Positions 29,089 to 38,157 of a stretch of 64,000 nucleotides of DNA are shown in pieces. Source of the stretch: Candidatus Woesebacteria bacterium GW2011_GWB1_33_22 (GTDB lineage: Bacteria; Patescibacteriota; Microgenomatia; UBA8517); assembly GCA_000989765.1 (NCBI GenBank), contig LBOW01000005.1, positions 661 to 64,660 on the forward strand, written 5' to 3'. Both the position numbers and the translations under genes were made by a program. Numbering within the stretch: position 1 is the first letter of the stretch; each line of letters begins with the position of its first letter. The notes beneath the pieces were generated by a model. It did not search any database. It was not told where the DNA came from and worked only from the letters and a program-made list of their open reading frames with translations.

Positions 29089-29370
29089 TTAAGTCTTGTC
29101 CATTGTTCTCTTGACTATTTCCCCATGTCCTTTAAATGTTCTGGTTGGTGAAAATTCACCCAAAGTGTGACCAACCATGTCTTCAGTCACAAAAACATCA
29201 ACAAATATTCTACCGTTATGAACTTGAAAATATTTATTTACAAATTCTGGTGAAATTTGACAAGCACGAGACCAGGTCTTAATTGGCTTCTCTTTTATAC
29301 CCATGCCAATAAGAAGCTTTTTAACAAGCCTTTCGTCTACAAAAGGTCCCTTTCTACTACTTCTGCTCAT
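29089..29370 (-). CDS. rpsS: 30S ribosomal protein S19
   Basis: [28 protein letters not shown]. Confidence 0.98.
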   Translation of the reverse strand: MSRSSRKGPFVDERLVKKLLIGMGIKEKPIKTWSRACQISPEFVNKYFQVHNGRIFVDVFVTEDMVGHTLGEFSPTRTFKGHGEIVKRTMDKT

Positions 29371-29374
29371 TTTT

Positions 29375-30118
29375 TTATTTCTTTCTTCTCTGCCTACTCT
29401 CAACTATCACACTGTTTGAATATTTTCTTTTAAATCTGGTTTTTCCTACAGCCTTTTTACCCCAAGGAGTCTTTGGATATTTAAGACCGACCCTACTTCT
29501 TCCCTCTCCTCCACCATGTGGATGAGCATTAGGATGCATTGCAACTCCTCTAACATGAGGTCTTATACCTCTCCACCTTGATGCGCCAGCTTTTGTTCTT
29601 TTTTTATTTTTATCTTCAACATTACCAATCTGACCAATCATTGCCCAAGCATTTGGGTCAAATTTTCTAATCTCGCCTGATGGCATCTTGATTAGAACAT
29701 GTGTTTCATCTTTACCAAAGACAAAAGCCACAATTCCGGCACCTCTTGCAATCTGCCCACCAAATCCAGGTTTAATTTCAATGTTACTTACTTCAAAACC
29801 TACTGGAATTTTGCTTAAAGGTAAGAAATTACCGACCTCAAGAGGAGCAGAACTTGATGAAATTACTTTCATTCCCTCTTTTAACTTGTCTGGGGCTATT
29901 ATATATGATCTTACACCGTTTTCATAAAGAAGTTTTGCAATTCTTGCGTTTCTATTTGGATCATACTCAACACTTTCAACTTTAGCCCAAATTTCTTTTA
30001 GATTTCTTTTGAAATCTATTGTTCTTAAAAATCTTTTGCTTCTGCCACCATCGTGTCTGGAAGTAACCTTGCCTCCACTTCGTCCTGCATGTTTTTTGAG
30101 TATAGTTTTTAGTTTCAT
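29375..30118 (-). CDS. rplB: 50S ribosomal protein L2 (short N-terminus)
   Basis: [29 protein letters not shown]. Confidence 0.98.
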   Translation of the reverse strand: MKLKTILKKHAGRSGGKVTSRHDGGRSKRFLRTIDFKRNLKEIWAKVESVEYDPNRNARIAKLLYENGVRSYIIAPDKLKEGMKVISSSSAPLEVGNFLPLSKIPVGFEVSNIEIKPGFGGQIARGAGIVAFVFGKDETHVLIKMPSGEIRKFDPNAWAMIGQIGNVEDKNKKRTKAGASRWRGIRPHVRGVAMHPNAHPHGGGEGRSRVGLKYPKTPWGKKAVGKTRFKRKYSNSVIVESRQRRKK

Positions 30119-30390
30119 TTTTTCGTTTCTGTAAAAATGTCAATTTTACCTGATTTAAGTGAAATTATTGCTTTCTTCATGGCCTTTTTTGTAACAACCC
30201 TACCCCTAGCGTTTTTATTTGAACTCTTTTTATAATTAATCGTTTTAACCAACCTAACTTTGACGTCATATGCTTTTTCAAACAAACTCTTAATTTGGTT
30301 TTTAGTTAAAGTAGGTAACACCCAAAATGAGTAGTTACCACTTTTTGCCTGGTTCATACTTTTCTCTGTAAAAATTGGTCTTATTTTCAT
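30115..30390 (-). CDS. rplW: 50S ribosomal protein L23
   Basis: P.FTEKS, KNQIK, KKAII.L. Confidence 0.95.
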   Translation of the reverse strand: MKIRPIFTEKSMNQAKSGNYSFWVLPTLTKNQIKSLFEKAYDVKVRLVKTINYKKSSNKNARGRVVTKKAMKKAIISLKSGKIDIFTETKK

Positions 30391-30393
30391 AAC

Positions 30394-30921
30394 TTATTTG
30401 CTTTCTTTTTCTAACAATATATTTTTGTATTTCATAATTTCGTAGGCACCAATGTTATTCATTGTTAAAACTTTGATACCCTCTATATTTCTAAAAAATA
30501 TTGCGACTTTTTGATTTTTGGAAGTCAAAATTATTAAAATCTTGCCCTTAAGTTTAGTTTCTTTAATCTTCTTAGCAGCATCTTTTGTACTTTTTATTTT
30601 TTCTACATTTTCAAAGTTGATTAGTTCTTTTTTGTCTTTTTTAAAGGAAATTGCTAAATCAAGCGCTTTTTTCTTCATCTTTAAAGGTAAATTAAGTTCT
30701 CTTTTTACTCCTTTTGGACCATGAGCTTTACCTCCACCAACAAAAATAGGGGCACTTCTTGCACCATGCCTGGCGCCACCGGTTCCTTTTTGCTTGTACA
30801 ACTTTTTCTTTGTTCTATTTACTTCTGATCTAGTTTGGACTTTATTTAAGCCAAAATGAGTCCTATCTTCAAAGGTTCTGACTACTTGCTTTAAAAGTGA
30901 TGTGTTAACTTTGGTTTTCAT
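30394..30921 (-). CDS. rplD: 50S ribosomal protein L4 (short N-terminus)
   Basis: TRSEV, QKGTGGARHG..SAP.FVGGG.AHGP; likely start 30921. Confidence 0.96.
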   Translation of the reverse strand: MKTKVNTSLLKQVVRTFEDRTHFGLNKVQTRSEVNRTKKKLYKQKGTGGARHGARSAPIFVGGGKAHGPKGVKRELNLPLKMKKKALDLAISFKKDKKELINFENVEKIKSTKDAAKKIKETKLKGKILIILTSKNQKVAIFFRNIEGIKVLTMNNIGAYEIMKYKNILLEKESK

Positions 30922-31615
30922 TTTTCGTTTCCTCCGGTACTTCAATTTCAACAACTTGAGCAACTACTTCGTGTTCCAAATCTTTCAAAGATCCTGATTT
31001 GACTTTCTTAATTGTTAGAAAAGACCCAATTCTACCTGGAATTGCACCCGAAACCAAAACTTCATTTTTTTCTGGATCAACACTTACAACATGAAGATTT
31101 TTAATAGTTACTTGTGTATTTCCCATTCTTCCCGCCATTCTCTTACCTTTATAAACTCTCCCAGGGGTTGTCGTCTGTCCAATTGATCCTGGAGCTCTAT
31201 GACGATCTGACTGTCCGTGAGTTTTTGGTCCTCCTTTAAAGTTAAATCTTCTAACACCTCCTGCAAATCCCTTACCTTTAGTATCACCGGTTGCAAAAAC
31301 AACATCTCCAGCCTTAACTACATCTGAAGCTTTAATAATGTCACCAACTTTATATTCTGGTTCTTTGTCTAGTCTTATTTCTTTGATGTATCTTGGGGTT
31401 ACTTTACTTTCTTTGAAGTGTCCTTGAAGTGGTTTTGTAGTATTTTTGAGTTTCTTTTCTCCGAATCCTAATTGAACAGACCAATAACCATCTTTTTCTT
31501 GATTCTTGATCTGAACTACAGTACAAGGACCAAGATTAATTTTTGTAACAGGAATCCTAAAACCTTCTATGAAAGTCTGCGTCATTACCCCTTTTGTACC
31601 AAATAATATATTCAT
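30905..31615 (-). CDS. rplC: 50S ribosomal protein L3
   Basis: KGKGFAG, HGQSDRHRAPGSIG, PGRVYKGKRMAG. Confidence 0.98.
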   Translation of the reverse strand: MNILFGTKGVMTQTFIEGFRIPVTKINLGPCTVVQIKNQEKDGYWSVQLGFGEKKLKNTTKPLQGHFKESKVTPRYIKEIRLDKEPEYKVGDIIKASDVVKAGDVVFATGDTKGKGFAGGVRRFNFKGGPKTHGQSDRHRAPGSIGQTTTPGRVYKGKRMAGRMGNTQVTIKNLHVVSVDPEKNEVLVSGAIPGRIGSFLTIKKVKSGSLKDLEHEVVAQVVEIEVPEETKNENQS

Positions 31616-31666
31616 TTTTGAAAGCCAAAAAAAACAAAGAATTCATTTTCATGATTCTAAGGGTGA

Positions 31667-31695
31667 ATTATATCAATCTTTGGAGCTTTACGCAA
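31667..31695 (-). promoter_or_regulatory. Sigma70-type promoter between rpsJ and rplC
   Basis: Minus strand TTGCGT-N17-TATAAT with TG extension. Confidence 0.7.
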
Positions 31696-31705
31696 GACAA
31701 AAAAA

Positions 31706-32008
31706 TTACATCTTGATCTCGATAGAGACTCCGGCGGGGAGATCAAGATTACCTAGCGCATCAACAGTTTTTGGGGTTGGGTCAATAATATCAACCAATC
31801 TTTTGTGGGTTAAAACTTCATAATGTTCTTGTGCATCCTTATCCGTAAATGGCGACTCCTTAATGGCCACGATTGACCTGTCTGTGGGGAGTGGAATTGG
31901 ACCTAGAATTTTAGCACCTGTTGAAAGTGCCGCATCAATTATTTTTGTTGCGGCCTCATCAATTACTCTATGATCGTAAGCCTTAAGCTTAACTCTTAAT
32001 CTCTGCAT
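31706..32008 (-). CDS. rpsJ: 30S ribosomal protein S10
   Basis: LKAYDHR, GPIPLPT, THKRLVDI, LPAGV. Confidence 0.98.
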   Translation of the reverse strand: MQRLRVKLKAYDHRVIDEAATKIIDAALSTGAKILGPIPLPTDRSIVAIKESPFTDKDAQEHYEVLTHKRLVDIIDPTPKTVDALGNLDLPAGVSIEIKM

Positions 32009-32019
32009 ATTAGTGTGCT

Positions 32020-32035
32020 TTCGCCAGTTGGCGAA
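32020..32035. repeat. Short palindrome between tuf and rpsJ
   Basis: TTCGCCA-GT-TGGCGAA. Confidence 0.7.
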
Positions 32036-32039
32036 TAAT

Positions 32040-33242
32040 TTAGGCTAAAATTTTAGTGATTACTCCAGCACCTACTGTGTGGCCACCTTCTCGAATTGCA
32101 AAACGAAGACCTTCTTCCATTGCAACAGTTGCAATAAGTTTTACTTTCATTTTAGCTGAGTCACCTGGCATAACCATTTCAACACCTTCTGGAAGAGTAA
32201 CATCTCCTGTTACATTTGCGGTTCTAATAAAAAACTGTGGTTTGTAACCTGTAAAGAATGGGGTGTGTCTTCCCCCCTCATCTTTAGATAAAATATAAAC
32301 CTCAGCTTCAAATTCCGTATGGGGAGTAACTGTTCCAGATTTAGCCAAGACCTGTCCTCTTTCAACTTGTGTTTTTTCAACCCCTCGAAGTAAAACTCCC
32401 ACATTATCTCCTGCCATTGCAGAATCAAGAAGTTTCCTGAACATTTCAAGTCCGGTCACAACTGATTTTTGTGTGTCTTTAAGACCGATTATTTCAATCT
32501 CTTCGTTAACCTTGATTTCTCCTCTTTCAACTCTTCCGGTAACAACAGTTCCACGTCCTGAAATTGAAAATACATCTTCAACAGGCATTAAGAATGGCTT
32601 TTCAGTATCTCTTACTGGATCTGGAATATATGCATCAGCCTGTTTCATTAATTCCAAAATTCCTTTTTCTGCTTCTGCATCACCTTCCAAAGCTTTTAGT
32701 GCCGATACGCGAACAATTGGAGTAGTGTCTCCTGGGAATTGATATTTCTTAAGTAAATCTCTAATATCTGCTTCTACAAGTTCAAGAAGTTCTGGATCAT
32801 CCATCGCATCGCATTTATTAAGTGCAACAATTAATGAAGGGACATTAACTTGTCTGGCTAAAATTACATGCTCTCTTGTCTGAGGCATTGGTCCATCTGG
32901 AGCTGAGACAACTAAGATTGCTCCGTCCATTTGTGCAGCACCAGTAATCATGTTTTTGATGTAGTCGGCATGTCCCGGAGCGTCAATATGAGCATAATGC
33001 CTTTTGTCTGTTTCATACTCAACGTGGCTTATATTAATCGTAACTCCTCTTTGCTTCTCTTCAGGAGCTGAATCAATTTGATCAAATGCATAAGCTTTAT
33101 TTACTCCACCTGGGAAATTCTTTGCAAGAACTGTAGTAATAGCAGCTGTAAGTGTGGTTTTTCCATGATCAACATGACCAATAGTACCAATGTTTACATG
33201 TGGTTTACTTCTATCAAATTTTACTTTTGCTGCATCTGCCAT
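32040..33242 (-). CDS. tuf: Elongation factor Tu
   Basis: [21 protein letters not shown]; likely start 33242. Confidence 0.99.
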   Translation of the reverse strand: MADAAKVKFDRSKPHVNIGTIGHVDHGKTTLTAAITTVLAKNFPGGVNKAYAFDQIDSAPEEKQRGVTINISHVEYETDKRHYAHIDAPGHADYIKNMITGAAQMDGAILVVSAPDGPMPQTREHVILARQVNVPSLIVALNKCDAMDDPELLELVEADIRDLLKKYQFPGDTTPIVRVSALKALEGDAEAEKGILELMKQADAYIPDPVRDTEKPFLMPVEDVFSISGRGTVVTGRVERGEIKVNEEIEIIGLKDTQKSVVTGLEMFRKLLDSAMAGDNVGVLLRGVEKTQVERGQVLAKSGTVTPHTEFEAEVYILSKDEGGRHTPFFTGYKPQFFIRTANVTGDVTLPEGVEMVMPGDSAKMKVKLIATVAMEEGLRFAIREGGHTVGAGVITKILA

Positions 33243-33251
33243 AGAATCTGT

Positions 33252-33281
33252 ATTATATTTGAACCTACTAGCCTGTGTCAA
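33252..33281 (-). promoter_or_regulatory. tuf internal promoter
   Basis: TTGACA-N18-TATAAT, 9 nt before the ATG. Confidence 0.7.
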
Positions 33282-33289
33282 CAGGGAAA

Positions 33290-35473
33290 TTACCCCCTGG
33301 CCATTTCAACTTTCCCGCTACTTTTGGCAACTATGGCAGCTGCAATGTGAGCGGGAACTTCTTCATAATGGGAAGGTTCAACATACGCCCTTGCCCTTCC
33401 TTGAGTAAGAGACCTTAATTTTGTAGCATAACCTGAAAGTTCCGCCAAAGGTGCTGTTGCGTAAATTACAGTTTCTCCACCTTTTTCCTCTGATCCTGAA
33501 ATTTGAGCCCTTTTAGAAGAAAGGTCTCCCATAACATCTCCCATGTATTCTGCTGGGGTAAAAACCTCAACTTTCATAATAGGCTCTAAAAGAACCATGT
33601 CTGCTTTTCGGACTGCATCCTCAACACCTAAAGAACCTGCAATCTTAAAGGCCATTTCTGAAGAATCAACATCATGATAGCTTCCATCAAAAACTGTAAC
33701 CTTAACATCAACCATCGGATACCCTGCCATAATTCCATTTTCAAGTTTTTCTTTTGCACCTTTTTCAATTGCGGGTACATATTCTGATGGTATGCTTCCA
33801 CCTTTGATTTGATTAACAAACTCAAATCCTTCTCCTCTGCCTTTTGGCTCAACTTTAAGTAAACAATGTCCATATTGACCACGGCCCCCAGTTTGTCTAA
33901 TATATTTTCCTTCACCCTCGGCATACTTTTTAATAGTTTCTTTGTAAGCTACTTGTGGAGCACCAGTTGTTGCAACTACGTTAAATTCTCGCTTCATTCT
34001 GTCAACCAATACTTCAAGTTGGAGTTCTCCCATTCCTGCAATAATGGTTTGTCCTGTTTCAGGATTACTTTTAATTTTAAAGGTTGGATCTTCATCAGAT
34101 AATTTGTTTAATGCCAAACCCATTTTTTCTTGATCTGATTTAGTTGCTGGTTCGATAGCAAGAGATATAACTGGCTCAGGGAAAGTAATTGATTCCAAAT
34201 GAATTGGATGAGCTGGGTCACAAAGAGTATGGCCTGTTGTGGTATCTTTTACTCCTACTACAGCTACAATTTCTCCTGCATAAGCCTCTTCTATGAGTTC
34301 TCGTTGGTCTGCGTGAAGAAGGACAAGTTTACCTATTCTTTCAGTAATTTGTTTACTAGAGTTATAGACTTGTTGACCAGTTTTTAAAGTTCCTGAATAA
34401 ACCCTAACATAAACAAGTCTACCTACATGTGGATCTGTTACAATTTTAAAGGCAAGACCAGAAAAAGCAGCCTCATTTTTTCTTTCCCTTGTTTCAACTT
34501 CACCTGTTTTGGGGTTTGTTCCTGAAATTGCAGGCAAATCAATTGGTGATGGCAAATATTCAACAACTCCATTTAATAAAAGTTGACTTTCTGCAGTTCT
34601 ATTGTCCCCTCCGAAGACTGGAAAAAATTTACCAGCAATAACACCTTTTCTAATTGCTCTTTTAATTTCGATCTCTGTTGGTTCAACACCTTCTAGATAT
34701 TTTGCCAGTGTATCATCATCAAATTCTGAAACTTTTTCTATAAGTTCTTGTCTATACTTTTTAGCAGTTTCCAAAAGATCATTAGGTATTTCTTCCTCTA
34801 CAAGCTTGGCGTCTTCGACTGCTTTATAGGCTAAAGCTTTCATCGTAATTAAATCAATTACTCCGCGATGAGCATGTTCTTGACCTATTGGGTAAATTAC
34901 AGGTGAGGCATTTGCCCCAAGTCTTTCTCTAATTGACTTTATAGATCCGTCAAAGTCAGATCCAATTAGGTTAAGTTTATTTAAGACACAAATTCTTGGA
35001 ACATTATATTTATCAGCCTGTCTCCAAACTGTTTCTGATTGTGATTCAACTCCTGTTCTGCCATCAAAAACCATTAAAGCACCGTCTAATACACGTAACG
35101 ATCTTTCAACTTCAGCTGTAAAATCAATATGTCCTGGAGTATCAATTAAGTTAATACGATATTTACCAGATTTAACATAATTATAAACCTGCCTACCGGC
35201 AGGCAGGTCCCAAAAGGCAGTAATTGCAGCTGAAACAATTGTAATTCCACGTTCTCTTTCCTGTGCCATCCAGTCTGTAACTGTTGTTCCATCATCAACG
35301 GAGCCTTGTTTATAAGTTCTTCCTGTCTCGAAAAGAAGTCTTTCAGTGGTTGTAGTTTTTCCTGCATCAATGTGAGCAATAATTCCAATGTTTCTAATTT
35401 TCTCCAACGAAACATTGCGGTCTTTAGTAGCCGTCATTACAATTGCAGACTTTTTTGCTTTTTCCTCAGCCAT
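33290..35473 (-). CDS. fusA: Elongation factor G with atypical G4/G5 motifs
   Basis: [49 protein letters not shown]; str-operon position. Confidence 0.98.
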   Translation of the reverse strand: MAEEKAKKSAIVMTATKDRNVSLEKIRNIGIIAHIDAGKTTTTERLLFETGRTYKQGSVDDGTTVTDWMAQERERGITIVSAAITAFWDLPAGRQVYNYVKSGKYRINLIDTPGHIDFTAEVERSLRVLDGALMVFDGRTGVESQSETVWRQADKYNVPRICVLNKLNLIGSDFDGSIKSIRERLGANASPVIYPIGQEHAHRGVIDLITMKALAYKAVEDAKLVEEEIPNDLLETAKKYRQELIEKVSEFDDDTLAKYLEGVEPTEIEIKRAIRKGVIAGKFFPVFGGDNRTAESQLLLNGVVEYLPSPIDLPAISGTNPKTGEVETRERKNEAAFSGLAFKIVTDPHVGRLVYVRVYSGTLKTGQQVYNSSKQITERIGKLVLLHADQRELIEEAYAGEIVAVVGVKDTTTGHTLCDPAHPIHLESITFPEPVISLAIEPATKSDQEKMGLALNKLSDEDPTFKIKSNPETGQTIIAGMGELQLEVLVDRMKREFNVVATTGAPQVAYKETIKKYAEGEGKYIRQTGGRGQYGHCLLKVEPKGRGEGFEFVNQIKGGSIPSEYVPAIEKGAKEKLENGIMAGYPMVDVKVTVFDGSYHDVDSSEMAFKIAGSLGVEDAVRKADMVLLEPIMKVEVFTPAEYMGDVMGDLSSKRAQISGSEEKGGETVIYATAPLAELSGYATKLRSLTQGRARAYVEPSHYEEVPAHIAAAIVAKSSGKVEMARG
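35187..35208. repeat. Palindromic element inside fusA (encodes LPAGRQ)
   Basis: ACCTGCCTACCGGCAGGCAGGT, near-perfect palindrome, GC-rich in an AT-rich gene. Confidence 0.85.
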
Positions 35474-35481
35474 ATAAAAAC

Positions 35482-35516
35482 CTAGCTACTAGATACTAGA
35501 ATCTAGGTACTAGGTA
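35482..35516. repeat. Five tandem CTAGnnn heptamers upstream of fusA
   Basis: ctagcta ctagata ctagaat ctaggta ctaggta. Confidence 0.8.
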
Positions 35517-35563
35517 TGAGTGATTGTAGCAGGAGAAGCCTTAATCTTCAATAAACAAATTTG

Positions 35564-35776
35564 TTACTCTTCTTTATGTTTTTTACAATGATAGCAATTT
35601 CTTTCCCAATTTTGTGCTATTTCTTGGTTTAACGTAAGAGTTACTGCCCTTTCATCACTCACAATTACAAAACCTTCCATTTGCTCTCTAGCCTCGTTAA
35701 TATTCTCAACACTGATCGTGTTTACAATATTGTGTCCCGAAGACTTATATAATAAATAATACGTACTATCTGCCAT
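35564..35776 (-). CDS. Orphan hypothetical protein (C-terminal CxxC)
   Basis: 70-aa ORF preceded by a repeated promoter-like motif. Confidence 0.55.
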   Translation of the reverse strand: MADSTYYLLYKSSGHNIVNTISVENINEAREQMEGFVIVSDERAVTLTLNQEIAQNWERNCYHCKKHKEE

Positions 35777-35782
35777 AATGGC

Positions 35783-35814
35783 CTGATATTACTCTCTCTC
35801 TGCAGAATTCAAGA
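35783..35814 (-). repeat. Copy 1 of promoter-like direct repeat with (CT)5
   Basis: ctgatattactctctctctgcagaattcaaga. Confidence 0.8.
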
Positions 35815-35843
35815 TATAATTTGACAAATGGGGTAGAATACTC

Positions 35844-36602
35844 TTGATGATGAAAATAAACTCTAAAATTATTTTGGTTGCCGTACTTATACTTTTTGTC
35901 CTTCCTTTTACCGGAGCTTGGGCTATAGTTGGTGCAGGGCATGTTGGCGTAGTTACAAGATTAGGTGCTGTAAATAGAGTAGCTAATCCCGGTTTTACAT
36001 TAAAAATTCCATTAATTGAGTCAGTTGTTTCTATGGAAACTAGAACTCAAAAAGAACAAGTAGAAGCAACAGCTGCTTCAAGCGACCTTCAGGAAGTAAA
36101 GTCCACTATTGCCTTAAATTATCACTTAAATGGTGATAAAGCCGTTGATGTTTATCAAAACATTGGAATAAATTATAGAGAAAGAGTTGTTGATCCTGCC
36201 ATGCAGGAGGCATTTAAAGCAACAACCGCACAGTTTACTGCGGAGGATTTAATTGTTAAAAGGGAAAAGGTCAGAGAAATTACACTAATAGAACTTAAAA
36301 ATAGACTCGAAAAATATAATGTATTTGTTGATGATTTAAATATTGTAAATTTTGACTTTTCAAAAGATTTTAATGACGCGATTGAACAAAAACAGGTTGC
36401 ACAACAAAATTTAGAGCGGGCAAAGATTGAGGCTGAAACCGCAAAAACCCAGGCAAACGGCCAAGCCCAATCTCAACAAATTTTGAGAAATACAGGAAGT
36501 TTATCGTCTGAATATTTACAATTTTTGGCAGTTCAAAAGTGGGATGGTAAACTTCCAAATGCTACAAATGGAGTTCCTTTTATTAATATTCCCACAAGAT
36601 AA
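35844..36602 (+). CDS. SPFH/prohibitin (band 7) family protein
   Basis: G.VGVVTRLG, SSDLQ.V, F..AIEQKQVAQQ, KWDGKLP. Confidence 0.92.
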   Translation: MMMKINSKIILVAVLILFVLPFTGAWAIVGAGHVGVVTRLGAVNRVANPGFTLKIPLIESVVSMETRTQKEQVEATAASSDLQEVKSTIALNYHLNGDKAVDVYQNIGINYRERVVDPAMQEAFKATTAQFTAEDLIVKREKVREITLIELKNRLEKYNVFVDDLNIVNFDFSKDFNDAIEQKQVAQQNLERAKIEAETAKTQANGQAQSQQILRNTGSLSSEYLQFLAVQKWDGKLPNATNGVPFINIPTR

Positions 36603-36604
36603 AT

Positions 36605-36844
36605 TTAAGCCCTTCTTTTGATACTGGCTAATACTCCTGCTTGTCCATGAAGATATGTGTGTGTTTTAGGATCAATAAAAGTGCGTGGAACGGCTGGATT
36701 TGCACCAAATCTTGTTCCAATCTCCAAGTCTTCTGTCTTTATTGCATCGAATTGGGCTAATTCAGCAACTGATGTGGCACCGAGCGGAGCAAACAATCTC
36801 TCTCCTTTAGCACTACTTGCACTGGTTGTGAATGATATAACCAC
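36605..36844 (-). CDS. Orphan hypothetical protein
   Basis: ORF 36605-36883; GTG 36844 inferred as start from its position after the repeated motif. Confidence 0.5.
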   Translation of the reverse strand: MVISFTTSASSAKGERLFAPLGATSVAELAQFDAIKTEDLEIGTRFGANPAVPRTFIDPKTHTYLHGQAGVLASIKRRA

Positions 36845-36851
36845 AATAGGG

Positions 36852-36885
36852 CTGATATTACTCTCTCTCTCTGAAGATTTCAAGA
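36852..36885 (-). repeat. Copy 2 of promoter-like direct repeat with (CT)6
   Basis: ctgatattactctctctctctgaagatttcaaga. Confidence 0.8.
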
Positions 36886-36898
36886 AGTGAAAAATTAT

Positions 36899-37213
36899 TT
36901 AGGCGAAGGCAACTGGAGATTGGGATTCTAAAGTTTCGACTCTTTCAATTAAATTTGATTGTACATCGCTCATTCTATCCATTCTTTTTGCAAGTGTAGT
37001 TTCAAGTTTTTCCAAATCATCTTTTGTAGCCATATTTTCTTCAACATTTTCTAACCTTTCTTCAACATTACCTAACCTACTTTTTACATCTTTCATATCT
37101 ATCTGTAAAACTTCGATTTTTTCAGTTATATCATTTAAGGCAGGCAGTGCAACTTCATGAAAAGCATCTGCAAAGTAACCACCAATATCATCAGTCGAAA
37201 GAGTTTTACTCAT
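36899..37213 (-). CDS. Coiled-coil hypothetical protein
   Basis: Heptads RLGNVEE RLENVEE and MATKDDL; TTGACA promoter-like element upstream. Confidence 0.7.
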   Translation of the reverse strand: MSKTLSTDDIGGYFADAFHEVALPALNDITEKIEVLQIDMKDVKSRLGNVEERLENVEENMATKDDLEKLETTLAKRMDRMSDVQSNLIERVETLESQSPVAFA

Positions 37214-37264
37214 ATATTTATAATAAACTGTGGAACAAAATTGTCAAGAAATTAAGAAGTTGTA

Positions 37265-37732
37265 TTACCACTTAAAATGACTAAAGGCTTTGTTTGCTTC
37301 TGCAACACGCTCCATATCAGTTCTTTTCTTTACAGCTCCACCTTCGCCTTTGGAAGCATCTATAAGCTCCTGTGCAAGTTTTTCTCCAAAGGTGTGAAAT
37401 TCTGAGTTTGATCTTGCCCGTGCGGAATTAACAAGCCAACGAATTGCTAAAGATTCTTTTCTTTCTCCCCTAACTTGGCTTGGAACCTGATATGCTGCAC
37501 CACCAACACGCTTTGCTCTAACTTCCATTTCTGGCTTGATGTTATTTATGGCTTTTTCAAAGATAGAAACCGCATCTTTTCCAATTATTGTAAACGCAGA
37601 ATAGATTTGTTTTTCTGCAACACTCTTTTTGCCATCATGCATACTTCTGTTTATAAGTTTGGAGATTAAACTATTTCCATAAACAGAATCAACTTCAACT
37701 TTTCTTTTTCTTGATTGACCTCGTCTACTCAT
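37265..37732 (-). CDS. rpsG: 30S ribosomal protein S7
   Basis: DGKKS.A, RVGGAAYQVP, AEANKAFSHF. Confidence 0.98.
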   Translation of the reverse strand: MSRRGQSRKRKVEVDSVYGNSLISKLINRSMHDGKKSVAEKQIYSAFTIIGKDAVSIFEKAINNIKPEMEVRAKRVGGAAYQVPSQVRGERKESLAIRWLVNSARARSNSEFHTFGEKLAQELIDASKGEGGAVKKRTDMERVAEANKAFSHFKW

Positions 37733-38154
37733 TACTTTTTACCTCCTTGATTTTTCTTTGTTCCATATCTACTTCTTGATGTTTGACGACCTGAAACTCC
37801 TGTAGTATCAAGTTTTCCTCTAACAATTGTATATTTTACACCTGAAAGATCTTTGACTTTTCCTCCTCTAACTAAAACTACAGAATGTTCAGCAAGTTCA
37901 TGACCCTCTCCAGGAATATATGCAGTAACTTCTTGTTTATTTGAAAGCCTAACTCTGGCAACCTTACGAAGTGCTGAATTAGGTTTCCTAGGTGTTTGCG
38001 TTCTAACTGTTAAAACAACCCCTCTTTTAAAAGGAGATACTGTTTCTCCAAAAAGTCGATCCTTAGAATTAAACCACTTTTTTAAAGAAGTAGTCTTTGT
38101 CTTCTTTTTGTTTGGAGTCCTTCCATGTTTTACCAATTGATTTGCTGTAGGCAT
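37732..38154 (-). CDS. rpsL: 30S ribosomal protein S12
   Basis: [28 protein letters not shown]. Confidence 0.98.
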   Translation of the reverse strand: MPTANQLVKHGRTPNKKKTKTTSLKKWFNSKDRLFGETVSPFKRGVVLTVRTQTPRKPNSALRKVARVRLSNKQEVTAYIPGEGHELAEHSVVLVRGGKVKDLSGVKYTIVRGKLDTTGVSGRQTSRSRYGTKKNQGGKK

Positions 38155-38157
38155 AAT

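Noticed and set aside
17788-33281. Long N-terminal extensions on rplM, rpsI, rpsS, rplD and tuf in the ORF track
   Set aside because: Artefacts of taking the first possible start; downstream ATGs match family N-termini
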